From Macrostomum lignano (lineage: Eukaryota), in contig NIVC01001985.1 in assembly GCA_002269645.1 (NCBI GenBank), forward strand, positions 36,517 to 100,516: a DNA stretch of 64,000 bases. Direction: 5' to 3'. The notes beneath the pieces were generated by a model. The model made no database searches and was not told where the DNA came from. It was given only the letters and a program-made list of their open reading frames with translations. Positions 1 through 23,085 of the stretch are shown here, in pieces (the stretch's first letter is position 1; every line of letters begins with the position of its first letter). Both the position numbers and the translations under genes were made by a program.

Positions 1-132
1 TTCTTCTGGAAGTGGGAGCGCCTCGCACTTCGAGTTCAGGAAGTGGAAGGTCTTGCCGTCCGTGCGGATCAGCCAGCGGCCGCGGCCGGGGTAAACCTTG
101 AAGCCGGAGAAGCTGCACAGTTCGAGCTTCAT
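1..132 (-). CDS. RPL24: 60S ribosomal protein L24 (eL24), N-terminal part, runs off the window edge; apparent 1-bp insertion at 21
   Basis: Minus-strand ATG at 132 reads [37 protein letters not shown], the classic eL24 N-terminus (MKxELCSFSGxKxYPGxG...RTDGK.F.FLN.KC). Skipping base 21 restores RSHFQK(K), which fits the family continuation towards KRNPR. Too short for the ORF track. Confidence 0.92.
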   Translation of the reverse strand, partial: MKLELCSFSGFKVYPGRGRWLIRTDGKTFHFLNSKCEALPLPEE

Positions 133-224
133 GCTTGAGATGCTTTGAGCATCAATGGAGGGTTGCGCGAGACCGTTCGATTGGCAGATTAGCAACAAGG
201 TTAAACTGGGGGCGATCTGGGGTG

Positions 225-868
225 GGGGTGGCCCAGCAGCTGAGGATCTGGGAGGCTGGCCCAGCAGCTGAGGATCTGGGAGGCTGGCCCAGCAACTAGG
301 GATCTGGAAGGCTGGCCCAGCAACTGAGGATCTAGGAGGCTGGTGGCCCAGAAACTGAGGATCTGGGAGGCTGGCCTAGCAACTGAGGATCTAGGAGGCT
401 GGTGGCCCAGAAACTGAGGATCTGGGAGGCTGGCCAGCAACTGAGGATCTGGGAGGTTGGTCCAGCAACTGAGGATCTGAGAGGCTGGCCCAGCAACTGA
501 GGATCTGGGAGGCTGGTGGCCCAGCAACTGAGGATCTGGGAGGCTGGCCCAGCAACTGAAGATCTAGGAGGCTGGTGGCCCAGAAATTGAGGATCTGGGA
601 GGCTGGCCCAGCAACTGAGGCTCTGGAAGGCTGGTGGCCCAGCAACTGAGGATCTAGGAGGCTGGTGGCCCAGAAATTGAGGATCTGGGAGGCTGGCCCA
701 GCAACTGAAGATCTAGGAGGCTGGTGGCCCAGAAATTGAGGATCTGGGAGGCTGGCCCAGCAACTGAGGCTCTGGAAGGCTGGTGGCCCAGCAACTGAGG
801 ATCTAGGAGGCTGGTGGCCCAGAAATTGAGGATCTGGGAGGCTGGCCTAGCAACTGAGGATCTGGGAG
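225..868. repeat. Minisatellite, 28/31-bp unit (GGCTGGCCCAGCAACTGAGGATCTGGGA, with or without GGT)
   Basis: About 21 tandem copies visible by eye. Accounts for ORFs 201..527, 391..645 and 654..911. Confidence 0.95.
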
Positions 869-1269
869 AGCGGTGGTAGCTAGAAGTATGTTTAAACAAA
901 AAGTAACTCATTTTTCAATCAGTGCGATTGATGCAAAAAGAATAACTGCTGAGACAATTTACTTATGTATGAACGGAAAATAAACGGTTGTTGATAACAA
1001 AAACTGTAGCAAAAATGAGTAGAAATTGAACAAGCTAAAAAAAAAAATTTTTCCTCGCTAGTGCGATGCAAAATGCAAAACATCTTAACTAGCACACAAA
1101 GTAATTAACGCGAAAAAACGCTTGCGGTAATAAATTAATAAGCTTTAACTGACACCAGGAGGACAAGTACACAATCAGGGTTAGATTGTATATGAGCCGC
1201 TGATTAAGGGATCCAAAGGTAAACAATACTGTGACATAATAATAGCAGCAGGATTAAAGTATCGATGAA

Positions 1270-1535
1270 ACAGGGAGTGGCGGCAAGATCAAACGATCGA
1301 TAGGATAGGGAGTAGCGGCAAGATCAAAGGATCGATAAGATAGGGAGTAGCGGCAAGATCAAAGGATCGATAAGATAGGGAGTAGCGGCAAGATCAAAGG
1401 ATCGATAAGATAGGGAGTAGCGGCAAGATCAAAGGATCGATAAGATAGGGAGTAGCGGCAATATCAAAGGATCGATAAGATAGGGATTAGCGGCAAGGTC
1501 TAAACGCTGATAGACAGGGAGTAGCGGCAGGATCA
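1270..1535. repeat. Minisatellite, 35-bp unit (GATAGGGAGTAGCGGCAAGATCAAAGGATCGATAA)
   Basis: CGGCA recurs at 1316 and 1351 and onward, about 7 copies. Confidence 0.93.
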
Positions 1536-1573
1536 AAGGTATTAAACAAACGAACAAATTCTAGTTGGCATTG

Positions 1574-2109
1574 TCACTCAGGGAGCAGCCGGGGATCCAG
1601 ATTGAATTGATCAGCTGACCCAGCCAGACAGCTAAGCACCTCGGCTTGCGCCTCCAATTCAATCACGTTAGCATCGGCTTGCGCCAATTCGGCGCGTAGA
1701 TTAGCGCGCAAATCGCGGCACTCATTAAGCAGGCTGGCGCAGTGCTGACGCAGCCAGTCGTGATAGGCCAGCAGGTCGGCATAGGTGGCGTCGCGACAGA
1801 TAGCCCTGGGCCGATCTGGTCCAGGCAGATCCAGCGGCGGTCGCCATGCCAACCGGCCGTCGGGAAGCGGCCGGGCATTGGCCTGATCGAGTTTAGCGCA
1901 GCCAGCTTCAACTGACTCGCCAGCGTTATGTTGGCTAAAAACTCGGTGAAATCTGCCAGCACAGCTGACTGCATCTTGGCTAAATCGCAATCAGCAGGCA
2001 GGCGGTTGGCCAGACTGTCGCACACAGACTGCACAGTCAGCTCGCATTCTTGGCGAAGCTGATCAAAACTGCTAATGGCGTTGCCTGCACTGGCACTGTT
2101 GTCCGACAT
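1574..2109 (-). CDS. PMF1/Nnf1-like MIS12-complex kinetochore subunit (about 178 aa), single exon, 1-bp deletion frameshift near 1919
   Basis: ATG at 2109 (MSDNSASAGN...FLANITLA) joins ORF 1574..1990 at CTG GC GAG to give ...ESVEAGCAKLDQANARPLPDGRLAWRPPLD...YHDWLRQHCASLLNECRDLRANLRAELAQADANVIEL. The LD(x)n-AWRP motif followed by a coiled coil is typical of Nnf1/PMF1. A CTACAG acceptor lies 13 nt upstream of the ATG. Confidence 0.6.
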
Positions 2110-2744
2110 TTTGCTGGCAATTCTGTAGGTCAAAATTTTAAGCTGTTAACATAAGACTATTAGCATCTAGGTTTTTTGCACTATAGCTTGTGATGACAAA
2201 CTAATTTTGGCATCCTGAATTTGGACCCTAGATGCCAAATTGGCACCTAGCTTGTTTAACTTACACATTTTAGAATTCCTTTCTATAATTCATAGTTTAT
2301 TTGAACATATCTATGATTTTATCACTATTAGGATTCTTTGATATCCAGACTATATTCATAGATATTTGAATACTCATATAATAACTACTGTTGTATAAAT
2401 ATTCAAACTGGCAAGAGCATCGGGACCAAGGCTCTGTATGATTGGGCCAAGCTACAAGGCCTATCCATCATCTTGTGCCAGTGGTGACTTCAATTGGCAG
2501 CCACTTGATCTGGGCCAAGGGCTATTACCCCACCCAAAACCCATTCAAAACATTCTGCTGCTCACCTTGCAGGGCCCATTTAGGCAAGGTCATGCCCAAA
2601 CTTGTCAATACATGGACTGCCTACTATGCAACACTGGGGCACTTGCTCAACACTGCCAATTGGGCAGACTTAGTCTGTTCTCAGGCTCTGCAGCACACTA
2701 TCTAATATACCTTGCTCCATGACCTTGCATACTTTGTTGTTGTT

Positions 2745-3260
2745 AGAGTTCCACCTTAGCTATAGATATGGCTATAGGAAGTTATGGATACAAAGGTTTT
2801 TAGAAAAAGCATATAGATATAGGAACACATTTTCTCTAGTTCCCATATCTCAGTAACTGAGACTTGAAAAACCATTGGAACTATTGATCTGATATAGGTA
2901 GAGATAAATGAATATTGCCAGTTTCAAAGTGAGAGGAACTCTTAATAAGTCCCTAAAACTAGAATATAATATTTAAACAACAGAGATTTCAATACCATGT
3001 CTATATTGTAATTAGGTAATAAGACTAAAATTAAGATAAATGTTTCCATTTTCAAAGGGAAGCTATTAAGTTTCTATATAGATTTAGAAACTTTAACAAT
3101 AGAGTTTTGATATCACATATTATATGGCATAACATGTTATATTATAGCTAGGTTAACTGAAGGCTAAAATTAAAATGAATAATTTCACTTTCAATGTAGG
3201 GAGAGCTCTTATGTCTAGAGACTAGGATAGGGTTATGATAGAGCAAGGGGCAAATTTTTG
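2745..3260 (-). mobile_element. Unclassified dispersed repeat, copy A (homologous to 56590-57450)
   Basis: Reverse complement shares long runs with copy B, e.g. GGGACTTA..AAGAGTTCC.CTCAC.TTGAAACT.GCAA.ATTCATTTAT and ATCCATA.CTTCC.ATAGCCATATCT.TAGCTA.GGT.GAACT. Confidence 0.75.
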
Positions 3261-4053
3261 TTGTTAAAAAGTGGTTCAAAGTAGGGGTCACAAAATCCCA
3301 GTTTCTGTCAATCCAGGATCCCAGGATTAGGAAATGTCAAATCTTGGGATTGTGGGATTATCCTGAGATTGATATTTTTCTAGTATCATCCTTGTTGTAC
3401 CATTCTTATATGTTATAACAATGCTGCAAATTACTTTTTTTATCATGTGACTAATGTGAGAAAATTACTATGCAAAGCAATATAAATGTATATACATATA
3501 TTACATACTATATAGTAGCACTAGTAGTCTGCACATTCCAAAACAAATGCACATGACTTGTGGACATAGTCATGGAGTTGTTGGCCTGTGGAAGAGGCAC
3601 ACTCACAAGTCACAACCTACTACTGCTTGGGCATTCACAATGTCACTTGTCAGCCAAGAAGTTACTACTTTTTAATGCTATATGCATAAGCTAAATTAGT
3701 AAAAACTATCTAGAAATATTATTTTAACAGAAGCTGATAGATAATATATATTGGAGAATCTTCCTAAGCTAAATTAAATCCTTATAGAAATAGTAGTAGG
3801 TCTACTAGAAAATAGAAATATACATGGTATAATAGAAAATTCTAACATAAAATTGATATAAAAAAATGGTTGGCATAAAGTATCGCCATATTGGGTATAC
3901 AAAGTCTGCCAAAAAATTGAGCTATAAACCCGGCATATGGCATAGCCATTGGTATACAAAAAACTTAAATGTTGTAGGGGGCCTAATTCAAAAAAGTCTT
4001 ATATTGTTGCAATGCAAAAAAAGTCCTTTGTTGTTGCAACACTTTTCTGATAA

Positions 4054-4298
4054 GGCGCATGACCAAGACCACCACACACCAAGACCACCACAGCTATTAC
4101 TGGCTACTGATATTGAGGGAGAGCTACCAATCTTCTAGCATTGCTATTCCTCTCATAGCCATAGGTTCCTTTCTCGCTGCTGGCTCTCCTACCCACTCAT
4201 CTCCTCTCTAGCACCATCTAATAACACATAAATTCAAATTTCTCCCTTAGCTCCCCAAGTGTGGTGGTCTTGGTATGTGGCAGTCTTGGTCCTACACC
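4054..4298. mobile_element. MITE with GG...CC termini and 8-bp TSD (Merlin-like)
   Basis: Left end GGCGCATGACCAAGACC, right end (reverse complement) GGTGTAGGACCAAGACT. ACCAAGACCACCACA is duplicated within both TIRs. TSD TCTGATAA at 4046-4053 and 4299-4306. The superfamily label is inferred from GG termini plus the 8-bp TSD. Confidence 0.7.
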
Positions 4299-5165
4299 TC
4301 TGATAATATCCAGCATATTACCATATTATAGGCCTATTAATATATCATGAGTAAATTTGTTTTTCTAGTATAAACTTTAATCTAGATGCCTATGGCTATG
4401 CCATTTTCATTTAAATTATCTTTTCAACAAAGCTAGGGTAGGCCTAGACTTATTAACTTTAGCCCTCCCTAGGCCTACCTAGGCCTATACTCAAAAGCTT
4501 ACATAGTAGGCCTTTGCCAAAAAATTGACCCCGTACTAGGCCTACACCATAGGCTATGAGGCTACTGGCTACTGCATTATGCAGCATGCCTGGGTCCTGG
4601 GAAAAATGTAGGCCCTAGCCAATAGGGCCCAGGGCTGTGTAGGGCCTAGAAGAGGAAGGTGTAGTAGGCCTAGGCTTAGGCATACCCTAAGGCCCTACCA
4701 TGACCCTGGCTATATTTTAGCCTATATAGGTCTATTGGCCTATTATTATTAAACCAATATCATTTTTACATATTTATAAAAAAGGTGCTAGGCCCTGCTG
4801 CATGACTACTGCATGTCATGACATGACTTATGACTGACTGCTTTTGACTGAGAATCAAAACGACAAAAGCAAATTTTCATTAACGTTCACGGAAAACGGA
4901 AAACCGGTACAAGCAAAAAATAGTTTTTATAACAAAATATATACAATAAAAAGTAATTTATTAATAACTTCACATAATATTTTTTCTTTAAGCTTTTAAA
5001 ACTGCTTTAAGTTTTTTTGCAGCTAGATTTTTTTACTGTTATGGGAAACGACTGTTTGAATGAATATTTGACTTCTGTTTAAGCGCTCATTTTATTGATG
5101 ATTGGTGGTTCTTATTTATTTCACACATTCTTTTACGTTAAAAGACCGTGTGATAAGCTTTAAAA

Positions 5166-6807
5166 ATGGCAGAGTGTGATAACAGTCTAACTACAATGGA
5201 CTGGCTATCTGCAGTCGATGTAAACATCACTCCTGCAAAAAATGAGCTCCTGGAATCAAGCTTGTCGCTCACAAATCCATCAAGCTCGAAACACTTTGAG
5301 GATTTTCGACCAATCGAGCGAGAGACTGGGAAGCCATCCCACAGCTATTCTACTTTAATTAAATTTGCTATTTCAAGCACCAGATCGAAGCGAATGTCAT
5401 TGCGTCAAATATATAAATGGATCACTGACAACTTTCCATATTATAAGGATGCTCGAAATGGTTGGAAGGTAGGTATATTGTTATATTTTGACTGAATTTT
5501 TACATAAATGATTTTTTGCTTTTTTGAATGTTCTACTGACGCAACACATAAATACGTTTTTATTAATTGAAAAACTGGATTTGCAATTTTCTGAAAACGA
5601 TCACAACTTGATTGCATATTCGATTAAAATTTGATCAAGTAGATTTATAAAGAAAACTATTCATGTTTCGCATACAGAAGCCACCCAAAATAAATATTTA
5701 TAAACTTTTAGAATTCTATCCGGCACAATCTGTCTCTTAACAAATGCTTCATCAAAGTACCAAGAGACAAGGGCGACCTGGGTAAAGGCTGCTATTGGAG
5801 TCTAAGAGAAGGATTCCGACCCGAAAGCACGCAGGCCAGTTCAGCCACGCGGATGCCAACCATAACTGTGACAGACTCTGGCGACCAACATCCTCAGCAT
5901 GGAGTTGTCGATCTTGGCGCCGTTAAAAACGGCAACACTTCCTCCCCGGGATTTGCCAGCTTCATGAGCGAGGCACCGCAACAGGCCCCACTAGCGGCCA
6001 GCGGTGTCTCTGGCCAAGACGGACTTCTGACAGACAGCACCGTTGGCGCTTTGGCCGCACTCATGGGTAGCCAGAGCGACCAGGTGCTCGGAGCCGCCTT
6101 CGCTCCCGAGTCGGCCGGTGCTCAGGCGCCCAGCAGCTGCCAGCGCCGTCAGCAACAATGCAGCTTCCCAACCGGCCGGATCCGTCACCCTGTCTGACTC
6201 CGCCGCCACCGCCACTGTCACCACCGTCGGCTGGCACAACAGACCAGCTCAGTCTGAGCGCTTCTCTGCAGACAATCTGCCGCTCCCTGCTCGGCGAATC
6301 CTCCTCGGGTGGCAGCAGCGGCGCTTTTGCTAGCATCGAGATTGGCGGCGGCGGCGGCAGCGGCGGCAGCGGCGGCAGCAGCGGCAGCGGCGTTAGCGCG
6401 CCCTGCCAACCACCTGACCTGTCAGCTTCAACGCTGGACTTTGTGCAGCGAATGCTGCCACAGTTGAAGGACAGCTTCCAGCTGTCGGACAGCGCCCTGC
6501 ACGACCTGTGGGATCACTGCCGCTCCGGCTCGCGCCCGCCCGCCGCTGCCGAGTCCAACGTCTATCAAGGCGGCCTGGGTGGCGCCGGACCAGCGGCAGC
6601 GACGGCAGCCGTCATCCCGCTGCCGACTGTCGGCAGCGATGTGCAGCGGCGTCAGGCCCAAGCGACCGCTCGATCGCAGCCGCCGCCGCCGCTGCCGCCA
6701 CGCTGGGCCACCATCAGCCGCCAAGCCAGCAGCAGCCGCACCGGCCGGCTCACGATGCTGGCCAAGATGTTGTTGAAGACGACTTTAACTGGGATAGCAT
6801 CCTTTGA
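5166..6807 (+). CDS. FoxJ2/3: Forkhead transcription factor, FoxJ2/3 family; exons 5166-5468 and 5712-6807; two apparent frameshifts in exon 2
   Basis: N-terminal SLTTMDWL motif. The forkhead domain [16 protein letters not shown]...[13 protein letters not shown]|[29 protein letters not shown] is split by a phase-0 GT-AG intron (5469-5711). The C-terminal [10 protein letters not shown] (stop 6805-6807) matches the FoxJ2/3 DDFDWDSI tail but is only reached after frame changes near 6130 and between about 6600 and 6700. Confidence 0.85.
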
Positions 6808-7654
6808 TTTACTACTCGTCTACTAGCTACTGTCAGTAGTGCAAACGAGGTTTTTGTGCTTAGATTTCAAGAGTCTTATTCCCTTTAAAAAATCGTTAGC
6901 AAACTTTATTTGAAACTTTAAAGCAGATTGAAAATTGAAATTGAAATTGAGAAATATTTTTTTTTAGATAAACTCAAGCTACACATTCATCACTGTTTGA
7001 AAATAATTCCGTTGTAAACTCTCCCCATTTTCGTAGTGCAATTTTTTAAGTTTTTTCCTTTTGATTCTGCATGATAAAAGGAAAATAATCCAATATTATA
7101 TTTTTGCATGACTTCAAGACACTAGCCTGTTTCTGATAGACACATAACTTTACCCAAAATGGAACCTTTATCAACTTATCCGTCCATTCCGCAGTTTCTT
7201 TCTTTTCTTGGGAAATTTTTAAATTTTAAATTTTTTAATTTTTTTTAAAATTGGAGAAATCATGAAAATTTTTTTTTTCAGCCATAATTGTTGATATATA
7301 TTTTCCTATGTATAATCGAGCTATTAAACCAGCAGAACTGCAATTGTGCAAACGTTCTTCTCATCGGGTTTATCACCGCCTGTGCTCTTAATTTTTGGCC
7401 TTCAAGTGCGACACAAACTTTTTATTTGGTTCGGGTTTATCTGTGCTAAATATATGCCCCCCCCTGTCGATTTGTTCTTCTGGAGACCAATTAAATCTAT
7501 GTGTAATTTGCATTATTTTCTTTCCGATGATTAGCAGAAATTAGTCAGTCAATCAATTTATCGGTTAATAAATCAATTAAATATGCAGAGATGAAAATCC
7601 AATTAATTATGCCAATGAGATCGAAAAGAGAGAAAATGCGTCAATCAAAATAAT

Positions 7655-8150
7655 GACTTCAAAACAATCAGTGAGATTAATGAGATCGATGAGTTCACTG
7701 AGATCAATGAGATCAATAAGATCGATGAGATTTATGAGATCAATTATAACAATGAGATCGGTGAGATCAATGAGATCGATGAGATTTATGAGATCAATTA
7801 TAACAATGAGATCGGTGAGATCAATAAGATCAATAAGATCGATGAGATCTATGAGATCAATTATAACAATGAGTTCACTGAGATCAATGAGATCAATGAG
7901 ATCAATGAGATTTATGAGATCAATTATAACAATGAGATCAATGAGATCAATGAGATCGATGAGATTTATGAGATCAATTATAACAATGAGTTCACTGAGA
8001 TCAATGAGATCAATGAGATCGATGAGATTTATGAGATCAATTATAACAATGAGATCGGTGAGATCAATGAGATCGGTGAGATCAATGAGATCAATGAGAT
8101 TTATGAGATCAATTATAACAATGAGATCAATGAAATCAATAAGATTTTCA
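7655..8150. repeat. 9-bp satellite (ATGAGATCA) with 54/63/72-bp higher-order units
   Basis: TTATAAC marker at 7744, 7798, 7861, 7924, 7978, 8041 and 8113, with spacings that are multiples of 9. Accounts for ORF 7653..8153. Confidence 0.93.
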
Positions 8151-9000
8151 TGAAATCGATGGAATCAGTAACGGTTTAAATAGATCAATAATATGATACT
8201 GAATAATTTCAATATCAAGAAACCAATTACAATTTTACTTGATGAAAATTTTCTCCGTTCAAGTTTCAGCACGCGCTAAAAACAGCTCTAGAAAACGGTC
8301 CGCAAACAGCTGCATTGATGCGCGCTCTCTTTGACTGCAAAGGCGGCACCGTAAATGAAAAAAAATACAAATGGACCGAAGCACTAATAAAGATCAACAA
8401 TGCTTGATCCTTTTTAGTTGGTCTGCTTCGGTGCACAACAAAGGTCTATCAGCTATTGTCTATTAATATGAGAATAGCGTGACCAGAAAATGAAGAAGCA
8501 ACACACATACGAGTATTCTTATGTACTGCAGTCCATCGTGCTTATAATTATGTTTATCCTTATTGCTAATATTATTAATAATGTCTACTGAAAATCCTTA
8601 GCTTCAACCTCTCTGTCTGCTCTGTCTCTCTCCCTATCTCTCCCTTTCTCTCTCCCTCTCTCTTTTATTTACACTTCGCGTTCGTATTTGCAACATTGAC
8701 TTTTGTGCTCCCACTTCGATATCTGCATTTCATTTAATTGTTTACTTTGAATAAAAACACTTTTTAACACACTAAATATCCTTTCGATTAAAATGACTGG
8801 TTGAAGCCTCTGGGACAAGGTAGAGCTAGCTCGTAGATAGAACAGTTCATTAGATTTACATCCCTGATATCAACATCCGCTCATCGATTTTACCAGACTG
8901 TTATAAATCATACTTGAAAGACAAACTTGCATTGCATTGTACGCAATTTTTTGGCCTGACAAAGAGGCCAGACAAAGGCTTGAAACCAGTAGCCAGATCT

Positions 9001-9135
9001 CTGTCTCTCTCCCCCTCTCTCCCTCTCTCCCTCTCTCCCTCTCTTCTCCTCTCTCTCCCTCTCTCTCTCTCTCTCCCTCTCCCCCTCCCTCTCTCTCCCT
9101 CTCTCTCCCTCTCTCCCTCTCTCTCCCTCTCCCCT

Positions 9136-9222
<87 letters not shown>
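9001..9222. repeat. (CT)n / CT-rich microsatellite
   Basis: Directly visible. Accounts for ORFs 8908..9249, 8914..9273 and 8937..9236. Confidence 0.95.
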
Positions 9223-10089
9223 GCTATTCGGCTTAGCGGGGACTCTCAAGAATGGAAGCCAGTCAGCCGGTAACTGGGTGGCAGAAGGGCATGCAGGCTA
9301 GGTTAGGTTTGCCAAAGGTACAGCGAATCAAGAAATCTTGGGCGCGGCTCTTCTACAGTCCGGCAGCGCCTGCCTCGCGATCAGCAAAAAACCATTGGCT
9401 GTGGCTGCTTCTGAGTTGGTGTAAGCCCAACCCCAGCTCTAGGCTATGGACTTCTAGAATTATATTAGCTATCTGGAGTGGAAACTGACTGACTAAAGGT
9501 TTTCTTACTAATTTCTACTTGGGTTTCTCAAGTTCGTGACTCAGGTCAGGTCACGTTTCATCTAATTGATCTCATAGATTTCATTGATCTGATTGTATGC
9601 ATTGATCTCATTGATCTGATTGATCTTATTGATCACACTGACATACGAGTAGTTGACCTCAAAAGGTCTCACAGACTCTGGAATACGTTTAAACATCTTA
9701 TCTCATCTTTTTCTGACACGCAGATGGTTAATTAAGCACTTTTTAAAACTAATGACTTGCTGAACAATCAGCCTGAATGAGTGTGGCTGACTGGGGAATG
9801 TGTCAGGCTCAGCCAGTTCCCCGTCCAGTTGCTACATCCAGAGCTCCGCGTCCCGACCGATTTGCTGCCCTCCTGCCCGCGAATGAAGCAGCAGTGCGCA
9901 CCGATTTTCGCTTCTTGCTTCCGCTTCATTTTCGCCCCCTCTCTCAGCCTCCCCCCTGCTCAGCCTGAGCCATGGCCCGGGAGTAAGTGCAAGCACACAA
10001 AGGACAGCAGCTTCAGCACGTAGAGAGAGTCTCTTCAAATAGTAACCGAGCCAGATAGAGATCACCAGATCGATCGACAAAAGTTCGGC

Positions 10090-21043
<10,954 letters not shown>

Positions 21044-21204
21044 ATCAGCTGTCGGATAGGGGTTGGCGGTGCACTGTAGAACTGGTTTAGAAGTCCAGCT
21101 GTTGGAATTTTCATTTTAATTTGTGAGAACGGCGGCTAGTAATAATTGCGATCTGATCTCCCGATGAACAAGTGATAGGTAGTCTAGTTTCCAGTGACAG
21201 GAAA

Positions 21205-23085
21205 TACAGGTGATCGGGTGACAGGTGATCTACTGAGAGGTTTGATCCAGTGACATGTTTGATCCAGTGACAGGTGATCCATAGACATGTTTGATTCAGT
21301 GACAGGTGATCCAGTGACAGGTTTGATCCAGTGACAGGTGATCTAGTGACAGGTGATCTACTGAGAGGTTTGATCCAGTGACATGTTTGATTCAGTGACA
21401 GGTGATCCAGTGACAGGTTTGATCCAGTGACAGGTTTGATCCAGTGACAGGTTTGATCCAGTGACAGGTGATCCAGTGACATGTTTGATTCAGTGACAGG
21501 TGATCCAGTGACAGGTTTGATCCAGTGACAGGTGATCTAGTGACAGGTGATCTACTGAGAGGTTTGATCCAGTGACATGTTTGATTCAGTGACAGGTGAT
21601 CCAGTGACAGGTTTGATCCAGTGACAGATGATCTAGTGACAGGTTTGATCCAGTGACAGATGATCTAGTGACAGGTGATCTACTGAGAGGTTTGATCCAG
21701 TGACATGTTTGATTCAGTGACAGGTGATCCAGTGACAGGTTTGATCCAGTGACAGGTTTGATCCAGTGACAGGTTTGATCCAGTGACAGGTGATCCAGTG
21801 ACATGTTTGATTCAGTGACAGGTGATCCAGTGACAGGTTTGATCCAGTGACAGGTGATCTAGTGACAGGTGATCTACTGAGAGGTTTGATCCAGTGACAT
21901 GTTTGATTCAGTGACAGGTGATCCAGTGACAGGTTTGATCCAGTGACAGATGATCTAGTGACAGGTTTGATCCAGTGACAGATGATCCAGTGACAGGTTT
22001 GATCCAGTGACAGATGATCCAGTGACAGGTTTGATCCAGTGACAGATGATCCAGTGACAGGTTTGATCCAGTGACAGATGATCCAGTGACAGGTTTGATC
22101 CAGTGACAGATGATCCAGTGACAGGTTTGATCCAGTGACAGGTGATCGGGTGACAGGTGATCTACTGAGAGGTTTGATCCAGTGACATGTTTGATCCAGT
22201 GACAGGTGATCCAGTGACAGGTTTGATCCAGTGACAGATGATCCAGTGACAGGTTTGATCCAGTGACATGTTTGATTCAGTGACAGGTGATCCAGTGACA
22301 GGTTTGATCCAGTGACAGATGATCCAGTGACAGGTTTGATCCAGTGACAGGTTTGATCCAGTGACAGGTGAGCTAGTGACAGGTGATCTAGTGACAGGTG
22401 ATTTAGTTACATGTTTGATCCAGTGACAGGTTTGATTCAGTGACAGGTGATCCAGTGACAGGTTTGATCCAGTAACAGGTGATCCAGTGACATGTTTGAT
22501 CCAGTGACAGGTGATCTAGTGACAGGTGATCTAGTGACAGGTGATCTAGTGACAGGTGATCTAGCGACAGGTGATCTAGTAACAGGTGATCCAGTGACAG
22601 GTTATCCAGTGACAGGTGATCTAGGGACAGGTGATCTAGTGACAGGTGATCTAGTGACAGGTGATCTAGTGACAGGTGATCCAGTGACAGGTGATTCAGT
22701 GACAGGTGATCCAGTGACAGGTGATCTAGTGACAGGGGATCCAGTGACAGGTGATCCAGTGACAGGTGATCTAGTGACAGGGGATCTAGTGACAGGTGAT
22801 CTAGTGACAGGTGATCCAGTGACAGGTGATTCAGTGACAGGTGATCCAGTGACAGGTGATCTAGTGACAGGGGATCTAGTGACAGGTGATCTAGTGACAG
22901 GTGATCCAGTGACAGGTGATTCAGTGACAGGTGATCCAGTGACAGGTGATCTAGTGACAGGGGATCCAGTGACAGGTGATCCAGTGACAGGTGATCTAGT
23001 GACAGGGGATCTAGTGACAGGTGATCTAGTGACGTGATCCAGTGACAGGTTATCCAGTGACAGGTGATGTAGTTACAGGTGATCT
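21205..23085. repeat. 15/17-bp satellite (GATCCAGTGACAGGT and variants) downstream of TRPC
   Basis: About 1.9 kb array, becoming a pure 15-mer after about 22500. Confidence 0.95.
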
